Origin: the human T2T-CHM13v2.0 reference genome, Homo sapiens | Strand: one strand, 5' to 3' | NCBI RefSeq assembly: GCF_009914755.1 | Contig: NC_060927.1 | DNA length: 64,000 nt | Shown here: positions 31,522-46,664 of the stretch, piece after piece | Layout of the letters: each line of letters starts with the position of its first letter | Numbering within the stretch: position 1 is the first letter of the stretch | Made by a program: the position numbers and the translations under genes | Notes under the pieces: generated by a model | What the model was told of the DNA's origin: nothing | Databases searched by the model: none | What the model saw: only the letters and a program-made list of their open reading frames with translations

Positions 31522-33628
31522 AAAAAAAATTCACAAAAGATAATAAAATGAAAAGTTGGTTTCTTGAAAAGATAAACAAAATCATCAATCCTTTAACTAG
31601 ACTAAGAAAAAAAGAGAGAAAACCCAAGTAAATAAAATCAGAGACAAAAAAGGAAACATTACAAGAGACATGACAGAACAAAGGATTATTAGACACTATT
31701 ATGAACAACTATAGGCCAATAAATTGGAAAACCTAGAAGACATCGATACATTTTTGGAAACATGCAACTTACCAACATTGAATTATAAAAAAGTAGAAAT
31801 CTTGGACAGACCAACAATGAGTAATGAGATCAAAGCAGTAATTAAGTCTCCCATTAAAGAAAAGACTGGGACCTGATGGATTCACTGCTGAAATCTATTA
31901 TACAATTAAGAAAGAACTAATACCAATTCTATTCAAACTATTCCAGTAAAATTGAAAAGGAGGGAATAATTTTAAACTCATTCTTTGAGGCCAGCATTAC
32001 TCTGATACCAAAACCAAACAAGCATACAGCAGCAACAAAAAAGAAAATAACAGGCCAATATCTGTGATTAACAAACATACACAGATAATGAGCAAAATGC
32101 TAGCAAACCAAATTAAACAACACATTCGAAGTATCATTTACCATGATCAACTGGGATTCATCTCATGGATTCAAACATGGTTCAGTATATGCAAATCAGT
32201 AAATGTGATACATTAACGGAATCAAGGAAAATATGTGATCATTTCAATAGATGCTGAAAAAGTATTACTTAATACTTAGCACCCTATTATGATAAAAACT
32301 CTGAACAAACTGAGTTCAGAAGGAACATACATCAAAACAACACAGGCGATCTATGACAAACCCATGCCTACCATCATACTCAATGGGAAAAAAGTAAAAG
32401 TATTTCCCCTAAGATCTGGAACAAAACAAGAATGCCCATTTTCACTACTTTTATTCAACAAATTACTGGAAGTACCAACCAGAGCTATTAAGCAAGAGAA
32501 AGAAATAAAGAATATTCAAATTGGAAAGGGAGATATCAAAATATCCTTGTTTATGGATGACATAATTCTATATTTAGAAAAATCTAATGACTTCACTGAA
32601 AACATTAGGATGATAAAAACAAATTTAGTAAAGGTTCATAATACAAAATTAACATACAAAAATTAGTAGCATCTCTATATATTATCAGCAAGTAATTTTT
32701 TAAAATAAAAAAAGCAACCCATTTGCAGTAAGAAAACACAACAACAACAAACATGCCTAGGAATAAATTTAACCAAAGTATTAAAAGTTCTCTACAATAG
32801 AAATTATTAAACACTGATGAAATAAATTGAGGAGCACACCCCAAAATTGAAAGATACCATGCGCTAGTGTATTGGAAGAATTAATATTGTTAAAATGATC
32901 GTACTATCTAAAGCTATCTACAGATTCAATGTAATCTCCATCACAAGACTAAAATTCCCCACAGAGATAGAAAAAATAATCCTATAATTTGTTTGGAACC
33001 ACCAGAGGCCTGGATAGCCAAAGCAATCCTGAAAGAAAAGAACAAAGCTGGTGGTATCATACTTACTGGACTTCAAGATACACTAAACAACTTTAGTGAC
33101 CCAAACTGCATGGTACTGGCATAAAAGCAGACACATAGGACCAATGGAAGAGAATAGAAAACACAGAAATAAATCCATGCACTTATAGGAAACTTCTTTT
33201 TTTTTTTTTTTAAATACAAAAGCACCAAGAACTTACATTGCAGAATGCACAATCTCTTCAATAAATGTTGCTGGGAAAACTGGATATCCCATATCTAGTA
33301 CAATGCAGCACATTAAACTAGACTCCTATACCTCACCAGATACAAAAGTCAAATCAAAACGGATTAAAGCTGTAAATGTAAGACCTGAAACTGTAAAACT
33401 ACTAAAATGAAACATTGGGAAAACACTTGAAGACATTCATCTGAGCAAAGATATTTTAGGTGAGATCTCAAAAGCACAGGCAACAAAAGCAAAAATAGAC
33501 AAAGTGTATTACATCAAGCTAATTAGCTTTTGCATAGCAAAGAAAACAATAAATATAGTAAGGGAAAAACTACAGAACAGAAGAAAATATTTGCAAACTC
33601 TCCTTCTCAGGGATTAATGAAAATAATA

Positions 33629-34171
33629 TATAAAGGAGGTGGGAGACTGGCAGAACTTGTTCTCAGATCACAACGCTGCTGACTGAAACAGGATGTGGTC
33701 CAGACAGCATAAAGTGAAGAAACCAGCAGGAACCAGCAGATGGTGATGAAAGTAATCCCTAGCTGCCCTCATTGCGCATTGACATAAGACACTCCCATCA
33801 GTGCATGACAGTTTACAAATGCCATGGCAGTAACCTGAAGTTACCACTCCTTTCCATGGCAATGATCCAAAAGTTACTGCCCCTTTCCTAGAAAGTTATA
33901 TAACCTGCTCCTCAGTGTGCATTGACCTGTCCCTTAATTTGCATGTAATTGAAAGTAGGTTTAAGTAAGTATAAACACAGTTGCTAAGAGCCCATATGTT
34001 GCTTACTTTGGGTGAAATGGCTATGAGTTAGCCATGCTCCACAAGGAATAATACCATTCAATAAAAGATTGCTATCTAACACCTGTGACTCACCCTTGAA
34101 TTCTTTCTTGGGCAAAGACAAAAACCCTCCCAGGTTAAGCCCCAGTTTTGGAGTTTGCCTGTCCAGGAACA
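33629..34171 (+). mobile_element. MER41-family (MER41D/E-like) ERV1 solo LTR
   Basis: agacactcccatcagtgcatgacagtttacaaatgccatggca, aataaa and cccttgaattctttc. It interrupts the host L1 at aatatat|...|gaaactcaaacaactc. Confidence 0.8.
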
Positions 34172-34833
34172 TAGAAACTCAAACAACTCATTAGCAAAAA
34201 AAAAAAAAAAGAAAGAAAAAAAAAAGTAAAAAACAAACAAAAAATGAAACCCAAATAATCTATTTTAAATAAGGATATAATATGAATGGACATTTCATAA
34301 CAGAAGACATACAAATGGACAAAAAGTTTATCTAAAATTCTCAACATAAATAATCACTACAGAAATGCAAATCAAAACCACAATGAGATATCATCTCACC
34401 CCAATTAAAATGGCTTTTATCAAAAACACAGGGAACAACAGTTGCTGGTGAGGATATAGAGAAAGGGGTACCCTCCTCCACTGTTGAAAGGAATGTGAAT
34501 AAGTACAGCCACTATGAAAAGCAGTATGGAGGTTCTTCCAAAAACAAAATTGATCTACCCTATGGTTCGGCAATCCTGCTGCTGGGCAGACATATTGCAG
34601 CACTATTTACGATACCTAAGTGTTCATTAATGGATGAATGGATACAAAATGTGGTGTATATACACAAAGAAACACTATTTAGCTGTAAAAGAACAAAATT
34701 CTGTCATTTGTGGCAACATGGATGAAACTTGAGGACATTATATTAAGTGAACTAAACCAGGCACCAAACAACAAATATCATATGTTCTCACTCATGTGTG
34801 GAAACTATAAATGTTGATCTCATGAAGTTAGAG

Positions 34834-35037
34834 AGTAGAATGGTGGTTACCAAAGGTCAAAAACAATAGGAGAGAGAAGATAATGAAGAGAGGTTAGTTA
34901 ATGAGTACAAAAATTTAGTTAGATAGAATAAGTTCAGTAGAATGGTGGTTACCAAAAGCCAAAAACAGTAAGAGAGAGGAGATTATGAAGAGAGGTTAGT
35001 TAATGAGTACAAAAATTTAGTTAGATAGAATAAGTTC
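34834..35037 (+). repeat. 102-bp tandem duplication in the L1MA 3'UTR
   Basis: 34834-34935 versus 34936-35037, with 6 mismatches. Confidence 0.95.
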
Positions 35038-35240
35038 TAGCATTTGATATCACAGAAGAGTGACAATAATCAACAATAATCTATTATATATTTCAAAGTA
35101 GCTAGAAGAGAAGATTTGGAATGTTCTCAACACAAAACAAATGAAAAATGTTTGAGATGTTTAATATCCAAATTACTGTGATTCGATCATTACATATTGT
35201 ATCCATGTATTAAAATATCACATTATCCCATGCAATATTA

Positions 35241-35728
<488 letters not shown>

Positions 35729-35948
35729 TTAGCTTCACAGAAATATTATGAGAAAGGTACAAAGAGTTCTCATATACCCATCCCCCACCCCAAATGTAGC
35801 CTCCCTCATTATCAACATCCCTTTCCAAAGTGGTACATTTGTTATAATTAACAAACCGACATTAACACATCATTACCATTCAAAGGCCATAGTTTACACT
35901 AGGGTTGACCTTGTATATCCTAGGGGTTTGTATAAATGTATAATGACT

Positions 35949-36321
35949 TGCAACGGTGTGAATATTTGTGTCTCCCCCCCTCCAAATTCATAAGTTGAAA
36001 CCTAATCTCTAATGTGATTACATTAAGAGGTGGGGTCTTTGGGAGGTGGCTAACTAGGTCATAAGGACAGAGCCTCATGAGTGGGATTAGTCCTCTTATA
36101 AAAGAGGCCTCAGAGAACTGCCTTGTCCCTTCCACCATGTGAAGACACAGTGAGAAGGGGCCATCTATGACCAGAGAGAAATGCCCTCATGAAATATAAA
36201 TTCTGCAGATGCCTTGATCTTGGACTTTCCAGCCTTCAGAACTGTGAAAAATAAATTTCTGCTGTTCATAAGCCACCTGGTCTATGGTAATTTGGCATAG
36301 CAGCACAAATGGACTAAGAAA
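35949..36321 (+). mobile_element. MLT1A0-like solo LTR
   Basis: tgcaacggtgtgaatatttgtgtctccccc...ccttgatcttggactttccagcc...ggactaaga. Confidence 0.85.
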
Positions 36322-39300
36322 GACATATGCCCACAATTATAATAACATACTGAGTATTTTCAGTGCCATAAAAATCCTCTGTGCTCTGCTTGTTCATTTC
36401 CCCTGCCCCCAACCCCTGGCAACCACTGGTCTTTTGACTGTCTCTATAGTTTTGTCTTTTCCAGAATGTCAAATAATTGAAATTAAGGTGTGTAGCCTTT
36501 TCAGATTGATTTGTTTCACTTAGTCATATGCATTTAAGGTTCCTCCATCTTTTTTTTATGGCTTGATAATTCATTAATTTTTAGTACTAAATAATATTTC
36601 ATTGTCTGGATGTACCACAGTACATTTAGCCATTCACCTAATGGAATAATCTTGGTTTCTTCAAGTTTTAGTAATTATGAACAAGGCTGATATAAAATAT
36701 CCATATGCTGGTCTTAGTGTGGACATAAGGCTTCAGCTACCTTTTGCTAAACATGAAGGAACAAAATTTCTGGATCATATGATAAGAGTGTGTCTGTTTT
36801 TATAGAAAAATCACCTGTCTTCCAATGTTGCTGTATGGTTTTGCATTCCCACCAGCAATAAATGAGAGTTCCTGTTGCCCTACATCCCTGGTAACACTTG
36901 CTGTTGTCAGTGTCAGATTCTGGCCATTCTAAGAGATGTGTAGTGGTAGCTCATTGTTGTTTTAATTTGCATTTCCCTGATGACATATGATGTAATACAT
37001 CTTTTCATATGCTTATTGCCATCTGTATGTGGTGAGGTGCCTGTTAAGGTCTCTGGTACATTTTTTAATTGGGTCATGTAGACTTTTTCCTATGTTACAT
37101 TCTAGCGGTTTTATAGTTTTGCATTTTATGTTGAGGTCTGTGATCCATTTTGAGTTAATTTTGTGAAAGAGGTAAGGTCTGTTTCTAGATTCTTTTGTTG
37201 GTGGTGGGAGGATGTGGATGTCCAGCTGTTGCAGTACCATTTGTTGAAGACTACTTTTTTTCCATCAAATTTGATGCTCCTTTGTCAAAGATCAATTGAC
37301 TATATGTGAGTCTATTTCTACATTCTCTATTCTGTTCCATTTATCTATTTGTCTATTCTTTTGCCACTTACCATACTGTCTTTATTACTGTAGTTTTCTA
37401 ATAAGTCTTGAAGTCAGATAGTGTTCTTATTCTTCAGTCTTATGTTGGCCATTCTGTGTGTTTTGTCTCTCATATAAACTTTAGAATCAGTTTGTTAATA
37501 TCTGCAAAATAAATTTCTGAGATTTTCATTGGGATTGCATTGATTTAGGATAAAAATTTTAACTGTAGGTTTAAATATTTTAATAGATAAGGGCTACCCA
37601 GATTATCTATGTCTTCTTAAATGAGCGTTGGTAGTTTATGTCACTCCATAATTTTATTTATTTTACATAAGTTGTCAAATTTGTCGGTGCAAAATTGTTT
37701 ATTATATATTATTTTTAATATCTTATAGTCTATAGTAATATCTACTCTCTCATTCCTGATATTGTTAATTTGTGTCTTTTCTCTCTTTTCTCATTCTGAC
37801 TAAAGATTAATTAACTTCATTGATCTTAAAAACTAACTTTTGGTTTTATTAATTTTTTATAGTTTTTACATCTTTTAAAAATTTATGTTCTGATTTGTAT
37901 TATTTCTTTTTTCTTATTAATTTTTGTTTAATTTACTCTTATTTTTCTTATTTCTTAAAATATAAGCTCAGATCAGTGATTTGAAACCTTCCTTCTTTTC
38001 CAAGAAGAGGTATTTAGTGCTATATTCTCTCTCAATAGTGCTTTAGTTGCATTCCACACATTTATATTTTGTGTTTTTAACTCCTTTAAAGTACAATATA
38101 ATTTATCTTTTGATGTTTCTTTGCCTCATGAGTTGTTTAGAAGTGTCCCACTTAATTTCCAAATATTTTGGAGATTTTCCAGATATCTCTCAGTTGTTGA
38201 TATCTAAATTAATTTCATATGGTCAGAGAGCATATGTTGTATAAGTCAAACCCCTTTAAATTTACTGAAATATGTTTTATGACTAAAACATGATCTAGTT
38301 TGGAAAATGTTCCATGTGCACTTGAGACGAATGTATATGCTTGTTATTTGGGGGTGGCATGTTCTGTAAATGGCTATTAGATCATGTTGTTTGACAGCAC
38401 TTTTCAAGTCTTCTATATCCTTACTAATGTTCTATAATTTGTTGAGGAAAAGATATTAATTTTTACTATAATTGTTGAATTGTCTGTTTCTCTTGCAGTT
38501 CTATCAGTTTGGGCTTCATGTATTCTGAAGTTGTCATGAGGTGCATAAAAGTTTTCGATGGCTATGTCATCGTGATTATAGGACTATATATTATTATAAA
38601 ATAACCTTCCTCATCTCTAAAATTATCCCTAATATTCTTTGCTCCAATATATACTTCAGTTGATATTCATATAGCCATTTCATTTAACCTTTCTTTTAAT
38701 TATGATTACCATGGTATATTTTTTCCATCTTTCCACTTTTAATTTATTTCTGTCTTTATATTTAAAGTGAGTTTCTCATAGGCATCATATAATTGGTTCT
38801 TGCTTTTTAGTCCAACCAAACAATAGCATGTACTGTAATTACTAACATATTTGAGTTTAAATCTGTCATCCTCTTGTTTTCTATTTGCTCCACTTGTTTT
38901 TTGCTCCCCTTTTTTTCTCTTTATGCTTTGTTTTTGGATTAAGTGAGCATATTTTATAATTCCATTTTATCTCCTTTGTTGGTTTATTAGCTATACATTT
39001 TTATTATATTATTTTAATGCTTTCTTTAGGGTTCATGGTGTACAATTTTAATTTATTATACTCTACCTTAGAGTAATCTTATATAAAAGTTACACACTCT
39101 AAAGTTCAGAGCCTCAATAGTATACTTATTTTTCCCCTACTGGCCTTTTGGATATTATTGTCATACATTTTATTTCTATATATGTTATAAATTCTACAAC
39201 ATATTGCTATTACTTTAAATGGTAATTTTTTAACAGTGTGAAATAATTAGAAATGCATATTTTATATTTGCACGTAAAGTTATTTTTCTTTTGTTTATAT

Positions 39301-40032
39301 CTAGACTTCCACCTGGTACCATTTTTCTTTAGCTTGGGGAATTTCTTTAAAAATATTTATTTTAGTACAGGTCAGCTGGGGATGAATTCTTTCAACTTTT
39401 GTATGTTTGAAAAAGTTTTTATTTAACCTTTGATTTTGAAAATACTGTTTTGATGAGTTCTGAATTTTGTTATGGCAGTTGATTTTTTCTTGCCCTTCAG
39501 TAGTTTGAAGCTGCTCCACTGTCTTTGACTTACATTATTTTCAAGCGGAAATCGTCTGTAATCCTTACTGATCTTCATCTATACATAATGTTTATTCTGA
39601 TTGCTTTTAACATTTCCGTTTATAACTAGTTTTAAGTAAATTTTGAAAAATTTTGCAAATTTTTGTTTCAAGAATTTCTTTCTATTCTTAACTCTCCTCT
39701 TCCTCAATGATTCTAAGTACAAGTATATTAGGCAGATTGAATTTGTCCTACAGATCACTGATGTTATGTTTTCTGCCTTTTAAAAAATCTTCCCCACTTT
39801 ATTTATTTGGGATAATTTTCATTGCTATGTCTTAAAGTTCACTAATCTTTTCTTCTGCAAAGTCTAATGTGCTATTAATTTCACCCAGTAAAATCTTATC
39901 TCAAACATTATGTTTTTCATCTTTATAATTTTAATTTTTTTCTCTTATATATCTTCCATATTTTTGCTTAACTTGTTTATGATTTTCCCTGGCTTCCAAA
40001 TTATATCAAATGCAATTAAAGAAACAAGTTTA

Positions 40033-40412
40033 TGTATTAGTCCGTTTCCATATTGCTATAAAGAACTGTCCAAGACTGGTAACTTATAAAGAAAAGAAGT
40101 TTAATTGATCACAGTTAAGCATGGCTGGAGAGGCCTCAGGAAACTTAAAATCATGGTGGAAGTTGAAGGGGACCAAGGAATCTTCTTCACCAGGCAGCAG
40201 GAAGAAGTGCTGAGCAGTGCGGGGAAGAGCCCCTTATAAAATCATCAGATATAGTTGAGAACTCACTATCATGAGAACAGCATGGGGGAAACTGTCCCCG
40301 TGATTCAATTACCTCCACTTGGTCTATCCCTTGACACGTGGGGATTATGGGCATTATGGGGGTTACAATTCAAGATGAGATTTGAGTGGGGACACAAAGC
40401 CTAACTATATCA
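40033..40412 (-). mobile_element. THE1D/MSTA-like solo LTR with 5-bp TSD gttta
   Basis: tgtattagtccgttt...aactatatca, with gttta at 40028-40032 and 40413-40417. Confidence 0.92.
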
Positions 40413-43400
40413 GTTTATATCATGGTTTATTAATTTTATTATTTTTGTCATTTCTATGTCAGTTTTAATTTACTAATTTTTATTTCTCTAGCCCTGAGTA
40501 GTTTTCTCAAACACATTCACTGATTGGAAGACAAGAAGAGATATTCCGCACATCTCTGAAGTTCTCTGTCTGTGACCTTTCTTCTTTCTGATACTTTGCT
40601 TTAGTAATTCTTGCTATCTTTTGTCTTCCTGTACTCCCATCTCTATTTCTTCAATGCACAGAGACTCCTGGGATCCACTTGAGTTACGCTTTCAAGTGCT
40701 ATGGCCTAAAAACTCTCTTCATGCAATAAGATGGTAATCAGAGGACTCAACTCACTCATTTCCCATCTCTCATTATGACTCTTCTTTATTGCCCAATGTA
40801 AAATATTTTAAAAACCATTTATTAATATTTTGTTCAACGTTTTAGTTGTTTTACAGGAAGGCAAATCTCACTCCTGTTATTCCATCTTGGCAATTAGCAG
40901 AAGTTAATTATAACACCCTCCAAACTAACCATACTGTTCTAGTTTATTCTAATAAAAAGAAAATAACAATAACAGTAGCAACAACAAAATATGTATTGAG
41001 ACCTAAATTATGTTGGGAGAATGCAGGATATTTGTGACAAGAATATGAAGAACTCATAGGCTCATCTTTAAAATGATCAGAATTTATTCCTTTCTAAATG
41101 TGTCTTTGAATGGATGAATTTCTACAAAACAGTATAAGGAAAACCATCTTTCTAAAACCCATCTAGGATTATGCTATCTTCTAAAAACCTATAATGCCCC
41201 CACAAACTATTTATCATGGTATACAATGTCTTCTGTGAGCTGTGTTTCTAAGTAAACATCACAGCTTAGCCTCCCTCAGTGGGTTATTATATACAGGGTA
41301 TTTTTTACTATATTTCTGTAATATCTAGCAGAGTAGCTACATAAAATATAAGTTCACTAAATATTTGAGTGTATAAAATTACCCACTACAAAAAAATTAG
41401 AAAATAATCAATACAACAAGGAGAAATAATTTATTTTAAATTTAAAAAAATTCAGTATGAATTAAAGAATAAGGTGGCAATGAAAAAAATGAGATGGGCA
41501 AAACAGAGAGGAGTAGCTGGGTAGGTCACATTGGTCAAAAAAGATTGAAGAGGACAGAGTTGGAGCAAAGAAGGAGAATTATAAATAGGTGATGTGGATG
41601 AAATGAGAGAGAATGCCCAAAGTCTTGCAAAAAAACAAGACACGCAGACACACACACAAGAAAGGAAAAGGTAAAAAAAGAAAAAAAAAAAAAAAGAATG
41701 GGAAATCCAAGGAGATAAAGGCAAAGAAAAGAGAGAGCCCTGTGACGTAAATGATGATAGCAGAAGAAAACCAATGAACAAAAGTTAACATTTGTAACCA
41801 TCTTTAATAATGACATGTATTCGTTGCTATATATGACTAAGTTGGCTTACCAAGATTAAGGTCACTCTATGTTTTAGTGTTCCAGTTATAAAACAAAAGT
41901 CACAAAAATCATGCCCTTAGTCTTAAGAATTTAGTTGGTATTTTCTATAGCTTATGGGACAAAGACCAGAAAATGATTTATATTTCACAACCCAATTTCT
42001 GGTTTATCTCTGAAATTTGAATGTATTTTTGTGTTTTTGATTGTTTTTTCTTTTTGAAAAATATACTTCAGTTGAACAAAATTTAACCTGGGCCTTTTAC
42101 TCAAACACTTTAGAATACAGACTGTGTTGAAATTTGTGATATGATTAGCAATAGCAAAGCCACAACTCAATGACTGTGCTCATTGAAACATTAAGATTTG
42201 AATCAATAAAAGGCACAATTGAAAACGCATCTCGATAAGAATGAAGTTTAAAATTGCTTGAAGAGCTAATGGTGTGTGATTCTGAGAACGAAATGCCTTA
42301 AGAAATGTTCCACCTATTATTAATTTTAGGTTTGAATTTGGGACAAATACTCTAGATAGACAAGAGAAATTTTTGAAGAAAAAAAAATCTGAAAACACAT
42401 AAGGTTGTTTGAAGAATTGTCCTATGGCAGAACAACTGCTTTTCAGTTTGATTCCAAACAAAAATGACTTCCTATTTGTGGAAAGATGAGTTCATAGCAA
42501 TGGGTAAAATAATGTCTTTTGGGAATAACCTTGGCTACTTACGATTTCAGCCAAAAACACCCTCCTCCAAATGACCAGGCATATTGCGTGGGAAGGTGAA
42601 ATGACAGAGACAAGCCCTGGCCCTGAGCCTGCAAGTCCAGCCATATCCACACCTCCCTAAAATCTCCCTGGGAATTGAGCTGCTCTCTATTCAATCACAG
42701 ACACAGCATTATCTTTGAAGAACAACTTGGAGCTTAGCACTGCTCAAGAGGCCTTTGGGGACCTGGCTGAAGCCTACTCACCAAATATCCTTTCCCCTTC
42801 TTCCTTGGCCTTTACAATGTGTTATGTGCTCCTGTCATACTGAACTAAACTACTGCAGCACTGAAGAAGGCTGCACGCACATTTACAGACTTCGAAAACG
42901 GCACCACCTTGTTCTCTACTTAGAATTCCCTTCCCTTCTCCTTTCCTATCACCAGACAGGCAAACTTGAAATGTCCCTTTGAGACATCTCAAATGCCACT
43001 TCCTTTACACAGACTTTCTTCATATCAGCCTCAACTGCTCCTCTTCCCCAAAGATACCCTTACCAGGTAGGGCTCAATTAAGACTCTTGAGGGCCTGACC
43101 CATAAAACAACTATGCAGCATTCTTATGTATGGCAAAATATTACTAAATTAGAAAATAAACAGAAAGGAATTCAAACAAGTTATGGATTTTCCCAGATAA
43201 CCTCAACTCTTTTTAGAAAATGCATCACATTTATAAAGACCATGTCTTTTCTCTTCTTGTGTCTTACGGTATTTATCTAAGTGATGATTACATAGAAAGT
43301 GCTCAACAATGGCCTGTAGAGTAAAATAATGAAACATTACATATTTTTACCTGCACAATAATAGCCATTTTTCTTCTAAAAAACTGACATTTTATTAAAT

Positions 43401-43453
43401 CCAGCTGATCCTTAATTTTTTACAATTACATTTTAAGGTTTTTCTTTGATTCC

Positions 43454-43750
<297 letters not shown>

Positions 43751-43809
43751 CTTTATTACTATCTTTAATAGTAATAAAAGGCATAATAATTGTAAATATT
43801 TATAGGGTA

Positions 43810-46660
43810 CAGTGTGCTCTGATCTTTATTATTTCTTTTCTTGTATTAATTTTAGGCTCAGTTTGTTCTTGCTTTTCCAGTTCATTGTTAGGTTTTTTAT
43901 TTGAATTTTTTCTACTTTTTTGATGTAGGTTATTGCTATAAACTTCCCTTTTAATTCTGCTTTTGCTGTATTCTATAGGTTTTGGTATGTTGTAAACACA
44001 ACATACTTTCATTTTTTCAATGCATTTTAAAATTTTTCTTAAATTTCTTCATCAAACCATTGGTTGTACAGGTGATGTTGTTTAAATTCCATGTATTTGT
44101 ACAATTTTACAAGTTCCTATTGTTATTAATATCTGGTTTTATCCCACTGTGATCAGAAAAGATACTTGATACAATTGCAATTCTTTACATTTGTTGAGAC
44201 TTATTTTGTGGCCTGACATGTGGTCTATCCTGGAAAATTTTCTATTTGGTGATGAAAAGAATATGTATTCTGAACCCATTGAATGAAATGTTTTATAAAT
44301 TGTAAATTTATATTATAAATTTATAAATGAAATGTTTTATAAATGTACTGTTAGGTACATTTGGTCTAAAATGCATTGTAAATCCAATTTTTTTTGTTGT
44401 CATCAACGTTATTGTTATATAATAACCTTGTCTCTTTTACAGTTTTTGTCTTAAAGGCTGTTTTATCTTATATAAGCATAGCTACTCCTGCTTGCTTTTG
44501 GTTTTCATTTGTGTGGAATACCTTTTTTTTTTTTTGCATCCTTTTATTTTATGTGTCTTTACATGTAAAGTTTTGTGTTAGCAGCATATAGTTGGGTTAT
44601 GTTTTTTTCATCCATTCAGCTACTCTATGCTCTTTAAGGGGGGAATTTGATCCATTTACATTCAATGTTATTATTGATATATGAGAACTTACTCCTGTCA
44701 TTTTGTTAACTGTTTTCTGGTTGTGTTGTATATCCTGATTTAAAAATTTTTATTTCTTTTTTCATTGGTGCTTTTCTGTAGTTACAAGGTTTGATTATTT
44801 TCTCTTTTCCTTTTTGTATCTTCCCTATTAGTGAGTTTTATACTTCTGTGTGTTTTCATGATAGTGATTATCAATTCCAGATGTAGGACTCCCTTGAGTA
44901 TTTCTTGAAAGGCTGATCTATGGGGATGAATTCCTCCAATGTTTGTTTGCCAGGGGAAGGTTTATTTTTCTCTTATTTCGAAATAATAGCTTTGCTGGGT
45001 GCAGTATTCTTGGCTAACATTTTGTTTAGCACGTAGTATACATCATTCACATCTCTACTGGCCTGTAACACTTCTGTGGAGAAATCGGTTTAGTCTAATA
45101 GGGATTCCCTTAAATGTGTCTTGACACTTTTCTCTTGCTAGTTTTAGAATTCTCTTTGCCTTTGACTTTTGACCCTTTGATTATAAGGTTCCCAGAACAG
45201 ACATTTTTAGGTTCAATCTATTTGGACACCTTTAAACTTCCTCATTCTGGATGTTCATATCTCTCCCTAGACTTGGGAATTTGAATTTTTAGGTATTATT
45301 TCATTGAATAAGTTTCCTGTGTCTTGTCTCTTCTTCTGAAATTCCAATATGAATATTTGTTCACTTAATAGTGTTCCATAAGCCTTATAAACAGTCTTCA
45401 CTCTTTCTAAATCTTTTCTTTTCTTTTTCTCTGGCTGGATTATTTCAAATAGTCTATTTTAAAGTTTAGAGATTCTTCTGCTTGATCATATCTGTCTGCT
45501 GTTAAAGCTGTCTGTAGTATTTATTCTTTATTGAATTCTTCAGCTGCATTATTTCTATTTCTTTTTTATAATTTTTAGTTCTTTGTCAAATTTCTTATTC
45601 ATAAAACTGTTAATTTCTTTACTGATTTTCTTGAATTGTTTATCTATATTTTGTTGTATCTCATTGAATTTTCCTGAGGTCATTATTTTCAATTTATTTT
45701 CTGACAATTTTTTAATTTTTTCATTGGAATCTGTTATTGCAGAGTTATGTTCTTTTGGTGGTGTAATGTTTCCTTGTTTTTTCATGTTTTTGTGTCTCAG
45801 TGTTGATGTCTGTGCATCTAGTGAAACAATCATCACTTCCAAAATTTTCATAGTGGTTTTTATAGAAAAAGACTTTCACTTGCAGTTAGGTTTTAGTGTA
45901 CAAGTTGGGAAGGATATAGTGACATTGTTTCTGAATAGGTGCAGTGGTATAGTCTTCATGCAGCTTCTTCATCTGTGTTCAATATAAACAATAATTGTGG
46001 ACACTTCAGTGGTCTAGGCTGTAGAAATATGTGGCAGTGGCAGTGTTGGCTGGGTCATTAATTTCCTTGGTGTCAAGGACTTTTGAGGTCCTCCTATTCT
46101 TGTTTTCCCCACAACAGAAAAACTTAGCTAAGGGACTACCTCTTGATTTATACATGGCCTATGAGCAGCTTCAGCAGTGCTGGGCTCCAAATACGGATGT
46201 TCAAAGTAGCTGTGGGTCTGGGGTCCTAGGCTTAGACTCTAATTAATCTATTGTGGCACCTGACTCTTGGGGTACAAGTTCATTCCCTGTGGCAGGATTG
46301 AATGCAGGTTGCTCATAGAACCAGAATCTGTGATTCTGAGAGCCCCCTAGCAGCTTGGGCCCAGGAACCCAGTTACAGCTGTGATTCTATGCCTGGAATG
46401 TAGGATATAGCACTGGCCTGTCTCTGGGGCAGAAAGGGTGTTCTGGAGGTTTGGGCTCAGAGGGCAGGTATGTCTGTAGTTTTTGCAAGCTGAGCCAATA
46501 GAGTTTGATGGCAACTCAGGTCTTAGAGGATGAGGCACCATGTAGAAGGGACTCTAGACCCTGGGATGGAGGAGCTGATCAGTATCCTAGACTCTGTGAG
46601 GGAGAGGTATAGCAGCAGCAAGTACCCCAAGTACCCCAGAATGATGAAGCACAGCTGTTT
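43810..46660 (-). mobile_element. L1M (L1MA-type) 5' portion: 5'UTR, ORF1 and start of ORF2
   Basis: Minus ORF 45555-45851 KNMKKQGNITPPKEHN is the ORF1 N-terminus. LEKQEQTEPK at 43800-44012 is ORF2. Confidence 0.8.
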
Positions 46661-46664
46661 TGGG

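Noticed and set aside
41452-41816. Three hydrophobic Phe/Leu-rich minus ORFs
   Set aside because: They are an artefact of purine-rich low-complexity sequence on the plus strand.
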